From Polyangiaceae bacterium (GTDB lineage: Bacteria > Myxococcota_A > Polyangia > Polyangiales > Polyangiaceae), in the NCBI GenBank assembly GCA_965222375.1, contig CBDCTZ010000013.1, forward strand, positions 512,001 through 576,000: DNA of 64,000 bases, given 5' to 3'. This document shows, piece by piece, positions 19,911 through 28,392 of this stretch; the stretch's first letter is position 1; the number at the start of each line of letters is the position of its first letter. The notes below the pieces were generated by a model, which was given only the letters and a program-made list of their open reading frames with translations, was not told the DNA's origin and searched no databases. Position numbers and translations under genes: made by a program.

Positions 19911-21668
19911 GTGACTGAAAATCCCCACCTTATCGAATCCATTCGAGCCTCCATCATCGGTGACGACCAGGTCTTGGAGGGTCCCTTTGGTCCGCGGAGA
20001 GTCACCTACGCCGACTACACCGCAAGTGGGCGAGCCTTGAGCTTCATCGAAGCGTTCATCCAAACGGAGGTGCTACCGCGTTACGCCAACACCCACACAC
20101 AGTCCTCGACGACGGGACTACAGACGTCCCGGTTCCGGGAGGACGCGCGCCAGGTGATCCGTGATGCCGTCGGCGCCGACGAGCGTGACGTGGTCCTGTT
20201 CTGCGGTTCTGGCGCAACGGCAGCAATCGACAAACTGATCGGGGTCATGAACCTGCGGCTGCCCAAGGACTTGGACGAGCGTTACCACCTGAGTGACCAG
20301 ATCCCCGCGGAAGAGCGGCCGGTCGTGTTCATCGGGCCTTACGAACATCACTCCAATGAACTGCCTTGGCGCGAGTCCATTTGCGACGTCGTCACCATCG
20401 ACGAAGACCCGGACGGGCGCATCGACTTGGCGATGCTGGAAGCCGAACTACGGCGCTTCGGCGATCGTCCCCTCAAGATTGGCAGCTTCTCGGCGGCGTC
20501 GAACGTCACGGGCATCGGCTCAAACACTCGAGAGATCGCATCACTGCTTCACTCCCACGGTGCGCTGTCGTTCTGGGATTTCGCCGCGGCCGGACCCTAT
20601 GTGAAAATCGAAATGAACATGTCCGACGCACAGCCGGACGGTCACCTGATCTACAAGGACGCGATCTTCCTCTCACCCCACAAGATGATTGGGGGCCCAG
20701 GCACACCCGGCGTGCTGGTTGCGAAACGCAAACTGTTTCGGAATCGAGTGCCTACGGTACCGGGTGGCGGCACCGTCGCCTACGTCAACAACAAGGCGCA
20801 CCGCTACCTCGAAGATCCCGAGCAGCGCGAGGAGGGAGGCACGCCGGACATCGTAGGTTCCATTCGGGCGGGACTAGTTTTTCAGCTCAAAGACGCGGTC
20901 GGCATCGAGAACATCAAGCGCCTGGAACGGGACTTCATCGTGCGAGCCATCGCCGAGTGGGAAAAGAACGAAAACATCGAGATCCTCGGCAGCAATACCC
21001 TGTGGCGATTGTCCATCGTGTCTTTTGTGGTTCGCCACGGCGACGGCTACCTACATCATAACTTCATCGCGGCCGTGCTCAACGACCTTTTTGGAATCCA
21101 GGCTCGCTCCGGCTGCTCCTGCGCTGGGCCCTATGGCCACCGCTTGCTCGGAATCGACCTGCCAACGAGCAAAGAGTTCGAGCGCGAGATCCTCGTGGGC
21201 TGTGAAGGCATCAAGCCCGGCTGGGTTCGCGTGAACTTCAACTACTTCATTTCCGAGTCTGCGTTTCAGTTCATCGTTCGGGCTGTGGATTTGATCGCCA
21301 CCCACGGTTACAAACTGCTCCCCCTTTATACCTTCGACCGACAGAGTGGGAAGTGGCGCCACCGAAGTGGGCGAGCGGACCGGACGTTGCGGCTGCAGGA
21401 TCTGTCCTACGTGGATGGCAAGTTGCAGTACCGTTCACGCCACGCCACAGAACCCGAATACGTTCTGGAGGAGTACCTCACTCAGGCCGAAGCGCTGTTC
21501 GAAGACGTGCTGACACAAGCCCGGACGATGCAGGTGGAAGAGACGCCTCTTTCGTCCGACTTCGAGCACCTGCGCTGGTTTCCACTGCCCGACGAAATCC
21601 TGAGCGAATTGAGCGGAGCCGCGCCGCGCGCTCGCGAGACCTCCCCCTTGCAGCCCCGCAAGGCGTGA
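19911..21668 (+). CDS. Aminotransferase class V / cysteine desulfurase-like PLP enzyme
   Basis: YADYTASGR, EHHSN, SPHK (PLP lysine), EEGGTP, RSGCSCAGPY. Confidence 0.93.
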   Translation: MTENPHLIESIRASIIGDDQVLEGPFGPRRVTYADYTASGRALSFIEAFIQTEVLPRYANTHTQSSTTGLQTSRFREDARQVIRDAVGADERDVVLFCGSGATAAIDKLIGVMNLRLPKDLDERYHLSDQIPAEERPVVFIGPYEHHSNELPWRESICDVVTIDEDPDGRIDLAMLEAELRRFGDRPLKIGSFSAASNVTGIGSNTREIASLLHSHGALSFWDFAAAGPYVKIEMNMSDAQPDGHLIYKDAIFLSPHKMIGGPGTPGVLVAKRKLFRNRVPTVPGGGTVAYVNNKAHRYLEDPEQREEGGTPDIVGSIRAGLVFQLKDAVGIENIKRLERDFIVRAIAEWEKNENIEILGSNTLWRLSIVSFVVRHGDGYLHHNFIAAVLNDLFGIQARSGCSCAGPYGHRLLGIDLPTSKEFEREILVGCEGIKPGWVRVNFNYFISESAFQFIVRAVDLIATHGYKLLPLYTFDRQSGKWRHRSGRADRTLRLQDLSYVDGKLQYRSRHATEPEYVLEEYLTQAEALFEDVLTQARTMQVEETPLSSDFEHLRWFPLPDEILSELSGAAPRARETSPLQPRKA

Positions 21669-21682
21669 GTCAGCGAACCGAC

Positions 21683-22405
21683 TCAACTCAGAACGCCACC
21701 GAAGACGCCGCCCAGGCCCCGAGCGGCGGCGTCCACACTGGCCTTGTGTACCATCTCCGCGATGGTCGTGTTGAGCACTTGGCGAGCTTCGCGCCAGGTC
21801 AGTTCTCGAAGATCCTTGGTGAGGAACGTCTTCAAATCTGCGTCTTTTACGAACGCAGAGCGAATCATCGTCAGCTGCTTTTTCTGCACGCTCCCACATA
21901 GGGTCACCGCGAGGTCGAGCAGCAGCCTGTGGGGCACCAAGATGACTTCGCGGTTCTTGGCGTAGTGGGGAATGCTGTGGCGCCGCTTCATGTACTGTTC
22001 GACCTCGGCGCGATCGCTGGGGTGTTCCAACAGCAGGGGAATGAGGCCGTCACCGCGCCAGGCTCGCTTGGTTTCCGCGAGCACGGTAGCGAGGGCGTCC
22101 GGAGACAGCAGCTCTTTGAGCGTGTCCCGAAGGTGCTCCTTGATTTCGTTTTCTTCGGCCCAGCGCGCCCAGGCATCGCGACGCAGCGCCGCCACCTTCC
22201 TGCCCGTCAGGCGCAGCTTCTTGGCGACATCATGATTCGATGCCGCGGAGCTAACCAGTTCGCAGAGCTCCAGTTCGTAGAACAGGAGCAGTTCCACGTC
22301 CCGCTTGCTCAGGCTCTGGAAACCGTGGGCCAGGTACTTGGTCAAGAAGCGTCGAGCAAATAGCTCCAGCTCCGGTTCTTCGGCTTTCGACACGAGTCGG
22401 CTCAT
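21683..22405 (-). CDS. Hypothetical protein, possible N-terminal helix-turn-helix
   Basis: GFQSLSKRDVELLLF...SNHDVAKKLRLT; good gene packing. Confidence 0.75.
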   Translation of the reverse strand: MSRLVSKAEEPELELFARRFLTKYLAHGFQSLSKRDVELLLFYELELCELVSSAASNHDVAKKLRLTGRKVAALRRDAWARWAEENEIKEHLRDTLKELLSPDALATVLAETKRAWRGDGLIPLLLEHPSDRAEVEQYMKRRHSIPHYAKNREVILVPHRLLLDLAVTLCGSVQKKQLTMIRSAFVKDADLKTFLTKDLRELTWREARQVLNTTIAEMVHKASVDAAARGLGGVFGGVLS

Positions 22406-22468
22406 TCGTCCCGAAGCGCAATTGAACAAGCCCGGCGGCGCGCCGCAACCCAAAGCTTGGGCGAAGGG

Positions 22469-23179
22469 CTAGAGAGCGTCCAGAACCGGATAGACGCCGG
22501 AAAGGCCGTAAATCCTGTGCAAGACCTTCATGCTGGATAGATCCACGACGAAGGTCGTTTCTCGGGGCGCCAACTGCTGAACGATGCGCATGCCAACTCC
22601 GGGTGGATCGATCAATGTCGTATAGCTGATGTCCCCAGCGATGATCCACGGGTCGAGGTGCGTGGTCTCTGCCTGAACAGAATGGCTGCCGCCTTCTGCA
22701 AGCAGCTCGACGAAGATCATCTTGTCAGCATAGGTCGGGTACTTGAGGGCCAGATCACGGGCCGCTGCCTTGCAAGATCCTCAGGTGAACCCCGAGATGT
22801 GAATCACCGCGACCGGTTTGGGTGCCGCGGCTCGCAGATCCGCCAACGTGACCGGCTGGAGTGGGGCCGCGTTAGCCAGGCCGGTCGTGTCGTGGCGCAC
22901 GTAGCCGAGCATCTCGATGTTGGGTAGGACGTTGCCGACTTGGTTGCCGTAGGGCCCCGCTGGGTACGTCGATGTACCTCCAGCACCCACGCCGGAATCC
23001 GGCGCCGCGTCACTGCCCGCATCCATGGCCACGGTGCCCCCTGCCCCGGTGCCTTGGCCACCCGTCGCCGCCCCCGCTGCACTGCCGCCGGAGCCGCCCG
23101 CGGCAGCGCTGTTGCCCCCGCTACCGGAGTCTCCACAACCAATGATGAGCACCGCGAGAGCGGCAAACGAACCTCGCAT
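22469..23179 (-). CDS. Probable selenoprotein: thioredoxin-fold (TlpA/AhpC-TSA-like) lipoprotein with UxxC motif
   Basis: ORFs 22781..23179 and 22469..22720 are in one frame; reading through TGA 22783-22781 gives VIHISGFT-U-GSCKAAARDL; lipobox IIGC. Confidence 0.8.
22742..22780 (-). promoter_or_regulatory. Candidate bacterial SECIS hairpin
   Basis: After UGA: CUUG..AG.GGCC-CGUGAUCU-GGCC.CU.CAAG; apical loop begins 21 nt after UGA with GU near its 5' side. Confidence 0.55.
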
Positions 23180-23254
23180 CCGGGCAGCCTAGCATCCAAA
23201 ACCACCAAAGGTCGGGAACAACTGAAGGCTTTCGCTGTCTCGCAATTCGTCGCC

Positions 23255-25360
23255 ATGCATGCCCAGCTATTTTTGGGGACCGTTGGTCTGTTCCTTCTTT
23301 CAGCGAGCGCTGCCGCTCAGCCGAAGCCCGGAGCCTTGCCCCTCAAACGGGTGCGCTTGTACGAGACCGGAGTGGCCTACTTCGAAAGGAGCGGCGCCGT
23401 CACAGGCAGTGCACGCCTACCAGTGCCGGAAGGCCACCTGGACGACGCACTGAAGACCCTGGTGGTCCTCTCTGCCAACGGCAAGACGAAAGTGCAGGGC
23501 GTACGCTTTGCTTCAAGAGTCAGCGGTGCTCTCTCTCGGGCGGTAGCGGGTCTCAAGAGTGGCGATGCCGGAGCAACGACCATGGAGACCCTGATGAGTA
23601 GTCTGGTGGGCGCATCCGTGCAGATCAACGTGCGCGGCGCATCCTGGAAGGGACGCCTGATGAGCGTTCTTCCCAAAGAGACGACGGATCTGACCCGATG
23701 CGTCCTCGATGCAAAGAAGAAGCAGCAGTGCCAGAAAATTCCCAGTGCTGTATTTCTTGCCGACACGGGGGAGCTGCGCCGGATCCCGCTGCAGGACGTG
23801 GGATTCGTTCGCCCTCTGGACAAGACCCGCCTCGAGCGTTTGCGCGCCGCGAGTGGCGCGCTGGGTGGCGCCACCAACGCTGGCAACAAGAGCATCGAGG
23901 TGGTGGCGACCCAGGGTGGCCCGATCACCCTGGGCTACATCGCTGAGACACCCGTCTGGCGATCCACCTATCGCCTCGTGCTCGGTCGCAAGCGCGCGGT
24001 GTTGCAAGGTTGGGCGCTCGTGCACAACGACACGGACGAGCCCTGGAGCCAGGTGAGGCTCCAACTGGTCAATGGTCGCCCGGATTCGTTCCTGTTTCCC
24101 TTGGCGGCACCCCGCTACACCCGGAGGGAGCTGGTCACGCCGGAGGAAACCCTATCCACGGTCCCGCAGTTGCTCGGAGACACCGTAGATGGGGCCTGGG
24201 GCGCACTGCTCGGCGACGAGATAGGCGAGAGCTTTGGCGCCGGAGGCCTCGGCCTCAGCGGCGTGGGCAGCGGCGGCGGCGGTCGTGGAGAGGGCATCGG
24301 CCTGGGCAGCGTGGGAACCATCGGGCATGGCGCCGGCAGCGGCCACGGCGAGAGCTCGATTTTGGATGTCGGCAACCTCGCGGCGGTTGCCACCCAAGAG
24401 GGCGTGGAGGCCGGCGCTCAATTCACCTACACCCTGGCGGGCGCCATCGACTTGAAGGCGCGAAACTCCGCCCTTCTGCCCTTCGTGCAACGTGACGTGA
24501 CGGCCCGGCGCATCGCGTTGTTCTCAGAAGCAGGAACGAGCGCCAGGAGCGCTGTCCGATTTCAAAACGAGACCGGACAGACCTTGCCCGCCGGACCGCT
24601 CGCGGTGTTCTCGAGCGGTGGCCTCGCGGGGGAGGCTGCCTTCGATCGGCTCAAGCCGAAGGAAGTGCAGTTCGTCAGCTTCGGCCTGGACATGGACATC
24701 AGTGTAGACCTGGACTCGGCCGCCAAGCCTGTTGGCGAGACCCGCTACGTCAGCATGAGTGGCAAAGTGCTACGGGAGCATTTCGTGCGTCGCAGGGTGG
24801 AGCGGTACAGGCTCGAGAACCGCAGTGGGGCGCCGCGCACGGTCTATCTCAGACTCTCGACCGTCAAGAACGCGCGGGTCACTGGCGCCGATCGCATGGA
24901 CTTCGACCCACGCGAGCAGCGGGCGCACGCCGTTTTCGAAGTCCCGCCGCGGAGCAAGAGCACGCGTACCCTGAAACTCGCAGAAGGACTGACCGGCAGC
25001 CTGCCCCTCGCGAGCCTCAACTCGCGGTTGCTGCGCAAACTCACGCGCAGCAAGGCGCTTCCGAAGTCCCAGCGCGAGACGCTGCTCCGGGCGGCATCCG
25101 CACTGCATCAAGCGGAGATCCGAACCGGGGCTCGGGGCAAACGACGCGTCGAACTGAACACCTATCGAAAGGACTCGCACCGCCTGCGCGGGCACGCCCG
25201 GGCGCTGGGCGGGAAGCACGGCGCAGAGGTGGCCAGGCGCCTGCTCGATCTGGAAGACAAGATCCGCCGCACGCGGCGGCGAATCGCGACTCTCTCCGCA
25301 GAGATCAAGGAAATGCGCAAGCGCGCCGAGGTCGCCCTACGTCAACTCCCGAAGCGCTGA
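23255..25360 (+). CDS. DUF4139-like exported protein
   Basis: Signal peptide; VRLYETGVAYFER, WRSTYRL, LQGWALVHNDTDEPW motifs; coiled-coil C-terminus. Confidence 0.85.
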   Translation: MHAQLFLGTVGLFLLSASAAAQPKPGALPLKRVRLYETGVAYFERSGAVTGSARLPVPEGHLDDALKTLVVLSANGKTKVQGVRFASRVSGALSRAVAGLKSGDAGATTMETLMSSLVGASVQINVRGASWKGRLMSVLPKETTDLTRCVLDAKKKQQCQKIPSAVFLADTGELRRIPLQDVGFVRPLDKTRLERLRAASGALGGATNAGNKSIEVVATQGGPITLGYIAETPVWRSTYRLVLGRKRAVLQGWALVHNDTDEPWSQVRLQLVNGRPDSFLFPLAAPRYTRRELVTPEETLSTVPQLLGDTVDGAWGALLGDEIGESFGAGGLGLSGVGSGGGGRGEGIGLGSVGTIGHGAGSGHGESSILDVGNLAAVATQEGVEAGAQFTYTLAGAIDLKARNSALLPFVQRDVTARRIALFSEAGTSARSAVRFQNETGQTLPAGPLAVFSSGGLAGEAAFDRLKPKEVQFVSFGLDMDISVDLDSAAKPVGETRYVSMSGKVLREHFVRRRVERYRLENRSGAPRTVYLRLSTVKNARVTGADRMDFDPREQRAHAVFEVPPRSKSTRTLKLAEGLTGSLPLASLNSRLLRKLTRSKALPKSQRETLLRAASALHQAEIRTGARGKRRVELNTYRKDSHRLRGHARALGGKHGAEVARRLLDLEDKIRRTRRRIATLSAEIKEMRKRAEVALRQLPKR

Positions 25361-25383
25361 CGCCGGCACCAGCGTGCCGGCGT
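25360..25383. terminator. Hairpin between convergent genes
   Basis: ACGCCGGCAC-CAGC-GTGCCGGCGT, perfect 10-bp stem; no U-tract. Confidence 0.5.
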
Positions 25384-25406
25384 GATTCCAGGGCGGGAGG
25401 GGAGGC

Positions 25407-26234
25407 TCAGTTCTTGTTGTCAACACAGCTGCCGTTGGTGGCGCTGCCGCCAACGCACGTGGCACCGCTGGGCTGCGCGCACAACACAAGTGGGCAGACT
25501 ACGCCCGCCGAGCAGTTCTGGGTTTTCCACTCCGCCTTCAACTTCGCGAGCTCCGCGACCGCCGCGGTGTTACCGGGGTTGATGAACGTGGGACACGGGC
25601 ATGCGAGCTCGTCGTCTACCTTACTGGTGCACTGCACCACGGGGAGGATCGGACTGCAGCTCTTCGCTTTCTTCAGGCTCGCCGCGTAGTTCGATTCCAG
25701 TTGCTTGCAGGTCAGACCGGGCCCGCCGCCGGTGCCGCCGGAACCGCCGCTTGCGCCACCGCTACCACCACCGGTTCCGCCGGTGTTCGAGCCGCCACTG
25801 CCAGCACTGCCGCCCGTGTTGGAGCCACCGCTACCTGCGCTGCCGCCGGTGTTCGAGCCGCCGCTGCCCGCGCTGCCACCGCTGCTGCTTCCGGCGCTCC
25901 CCCCGGTATTGGAACCCGCGCTGCCGCCGCTGCTGCTGCCCGCGCTGCCTCCGGAACTGGAACCCGCGCTGCCACCGCTGCTGCTGCCCGCGCTGCCTCC
26001 GGAACTGGAACCCGCGCTGCCACCGCTGCTGCTGCCCGCGCTGCCTCCGGAACTGGAACCCGCGCTGCCACCGCTGCTGCTGCCGGAGCTGCCGCCGGAA
26101 CTGGAACCCGCGCTGCCACCACTTGCCCCCGCGCTGCCACCGGTACCGAGCCCACCGTCATCGTCACCACCACACCCAGCAGCCAAAGCCAGCACCGCAA
26201 CCGACACTGCACCCAACGAGATAGTCTTGTTCAC
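25407..26234 (-). CDS. Lipoprotein with long Gly/Ser linker and small Cys-rich C-terminal domain
   Basis: AGGAGG SD before GTG; lipobox AAGC; (SSSGGSAG)n; Cys-rich C-terminal domain. Confidence 0.85.
   Translation of the reverse strand: MNKTISLGAVSVAVLALAAGCGGDDDGGLGTGGSAGASGGSAGSSSGGSSGSSSGGSAGSSSGGSAGSSSGGSAGSSSGGSAGSSSGGSAGSSSGGSAGSSSGGSAGSNTGGSAGSSSGGSAGSGGSNTGGSAGSGGSNTGGSAGSGGSNTGGTGGGSGGASGGSGGTGGGPGLTCKQLESNYAASLKKAKSCSPILPVVQCTSKVDDELACPCPTFINPGNTAAVAELAKLKAEWKTQNCSAGVVCPLVLCAQPSGATCVGGSATNGSCVDNKN
25910..26120. repeat. Coding tandem repeat, 48-bp period (about 4.4 copies)
   Basis: GGAACCCGCG recurs at 25911, 25959, 26007, 26055, 26103. Confidence 0.9.
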
Positions 26235-26338
26235 GTGTCCCTCCTGTGCCCGACGGGGCAAGTAAGTCCTCGCCAGTATAGCCCCGGATCCCTTCGGCGC
26301 AGGCAAAGCGCCGGAGATCCCGAACATCACACTGGAAA

Positions 26339-26629
26339 ATGATGTTACAGGCCGGCGTGGCCAAGTTCTGGCAGTTCATCGAGACCATGCCCACCCTGGT
26401 ACTTGCCGTCGGTGCAGGCTTGCTTCTTCTGGCGCCCTTTGTCCCAGCGCCCCACCTAGTCGAGAAGTTCCGGATGTTCCAGGCAGGCACCCTGCACAAG
26501 CCGCTCGACATCGCGGATGTCTTCGTCCACTCCAGCGGCGTGGTCGTATTGCTGATCCACTTCGTGCTTCGCGCACGGCGCCGCGGCTCCGGCGAGGCAC
26601 CTCCGCCAGGCGCAGACCGAGATAGCTGA
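26339..26629 (+). CDS. Small two-TM membrane protein
   Basis: LAPFVPAPHLVEKFRM..GTL.KPLDIAD..VH conserved-looking motif; start uncertain. Confidence 0.7.
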   Translation: MMLQAGVAKFWQFIETMPTLVLAVGAGLLLLAPFVPAPHLVEKFRMFQAGTLHKPLDIADVFVHSSGVVVLLIHFVLRARRRGSGEAPPPGADRDS

Positions 26630-26636
26630 CTTCGGC

Positions 26637-28145
26637 CTAGGACAAGCCGCGTACTGCGGGTGGCAGATGCTCGGTCCTGACCTTGGAACCACCGGCCATC
26701 TGCCGCGCCACCTGAAGGCACGCGCGAAGCTCCGTGATGTTGCCTGGCCAACGGTGGCGGCATAGTGCCAGCGCCGTAACCGCATCCAGGCTGATGGGGT
26801 CGCTCGGATCGTCCAAATTCGCGATGAGCCCACCCAGGTCCGCTATGCGCCGCCGCAGCGGCGGGATCTCCGCGCGGTAGCCAGAGAACCGGCCCAGCAG
26901 TTCCGGTGAAGCACCCTCGTTCAACAAGTCCGCATAGGGCATGCGCGAGGTGGCGAGCAGCCGAACGTCTTTGGCAACCGCAGAGTCCAGATGCGCCGCG
27001 AGGCTCAGTGCCGTCTGTTGGTCCAGAGCGTCGATGTTCTCGAGCAGCATCGACCCACCACGGGCTTGTTCGAGCAGCTTGGACCAATCCGTCTCGGCGG
27101 CACTAGCATGCACGCAATCCAGTCGCGCAAGCTCGCCGGACGCGCCCGACGCGGCGTGTACGGCCAGAGCGAGCCTCGACTTGCCCACTCCGTGCTCGCC
27201 TTCCAACCACAGAGGCGAGTCAGACGCCGCGATCTTCTCCAGGTCCCGATCCAACGCCCTCAGCGAGGGCATGATGGATGGAAACAGTTGGTCCTTTGGA
27301 AAACCGGTGAGCAGATCTGGCGCGATTCCACGCTCCAGGCGACTACTCGACAGCTCGAACAGCGTATGCCCACATTCGAAGACGGTGTTGACCGTGAGTG
27401 GAGCCACGTCGACGCGCTTGCCCATGACCCAGGTGCCGTTGCTGGAACCCAGATCTCGCACGGAGAACTGGCCGTCCGAACGCACCAAGCGTGCGTGCTT
27501 TCGGCTCACCGCTTCGCCGACCAGGGTCAGGCGCGCGCAGCGTTTGCCATCCGCTTCGTAACGCCGCAGGTAACGGGACTCGCCACGCTCGATGGTCAGT
27601 TCATCGACATCCGTCAAACAGATGGCCGCACCACCCTCCCCAGGAGCGACGGCACGCATGATGAGGTAGAGAAATTGCTCCGGCGCCGCGCCACCGTGAG
27701 CCTGCGATGACTCTACCGCGGTGCTCGGAATGGCCGAGTCGATCACCGAGATTGGACTCTTGGCTGGCGCCAGCGGCAGGCGCCCATCCTGCGCAGTCGT
27801 GTTCATCGGATCCGCGGCTTTGGCAGGCGCTACGAAACGAAAGCCGCGCCCACGAACCGTTGCGAGGATCTGCGGCTCGGAGGACGAGTCTCCCAAGGCC
27901 CGGCGCGCTGCGCTGACTGCCTGGCTCAAAGAAGCCTCGCTCACCGCGGCCTCCGCCCACACTTGCTCTAGGAGCTCTTCTTTGGTGACAACCCGATCTC
28001 GGTGGCGCGCCAGGTAGATCAACAAGTCGAGCACTTTCGGTTGCACCGACACGACCTCACCCCGCTGGCGCAGTTCGAAGGTCTTCTCGGAGAGTTCGAA
28101 CTCTCCAAAACCAAGATGCAGCGGCTCCACGTCAGGTTCAGTCAC
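26637..28145 (-). CDS. Transcriptional regulator: OmpR/CadC-type winged helix, FHA, degenerate sigma54-activator-like AAA+
   Basis: QPKVLDLL...TVRGRGFRF; VSRKHA...DLGSSNGT; GEHGVGKS, PPLRRR, WPGNITEL; no GAFTGA. Confidence 0.9.
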   Translation of the reverse strand: MTEPDVEPLHLGFGEFELSEKTFELRQRGEVVSVQPKVLDLLIYLARHRDRVVTKEELLEQVWAEAAVSEASLSQAVSAARRALGDSSSEPQILATVRGRGFRFVAPAKAADPMNTTAQDGRLPLAPAKSPISVIDSAIPSTAVESSQAHGGAAPEQFLYLIMRAVAPGEGGAAICLTDVDELTIERGESRYLRRYEADGKRCARLTLVGEAVSRKHARLVRSDGQFSVRDLGSSNGTWVMGKRVDVAPLTVNTVFECGHTLFELSSSRLERGIAPDLLTGFPKDQLFPSIMPSLRALDRDLEKIAASDSPLWLEGEHGVGKSRLALAVHAASGASGELARLDCVHASAAETDWSKLLEQARGGSMLLENIDALDQQTALSLAAHLDSAVAKDVRLLATSRMPYADLLNEGASPELLGRFSGYRAEIPPLRRRIADLGGLIANLDDPSDPISLDAVTALALCRHRWPGNITELRACLQVARQMAGGSKVRTEHLPPAVRGLS

Positions 28146-28295
28146 GAAAAGAATGCTCAGGTCGAGGACCGATCCCCTCGGGACCTACTCAACTATCACA
28201 ATCAGGCGCGGAGGCCGCGCCAAGGGCGGGGCAGGTCGCACGGATACTCCAATAATTTCAATGGCTTACAAAAGCAGCGCCCGGACATTCAGCGA

Positions 28296-28333
28296 TCACG
28301 GACTACTCACGAAACCCTCACGCGCCACTCAAG
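28296..28333 (+). promoter_or_regulatory. Direct-repeat operator array with 11-bp period
   Basis: TCACG at 28296, 28307, 28318 and TCAAG at 28329. Confidence 0.65.
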
Positions 28334-28392
28334 CACGTAGCCGCTGGCGTTGGCAGCTTGTTCTCGTACCGCTCAATGGAGGAGGAGTCTTG

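Noticed and set aside
19911..21668. Class V PLP enzyme as a dedicated selenocysteine lyase for the nearby selenoprotein
   Set aside because: Opposite strand, separated by another gene; proximity is the only evidence
22781..22783. Genome-wide UGA reassignment (Trp/Gly)
   Set aside because: Many conserved genes here (glgP, carbonic anhydrase, A2M) end properly at TGA, so read-through must be site-specific
25601..26342. Pro-, Ala- or Arg/Cys-rich repeat ORFs in alternative frames (also 42586-44004 and 33585-34301)
   Set aside because: Shadow frames of Gly-linker repeats in real lipoprotein genes
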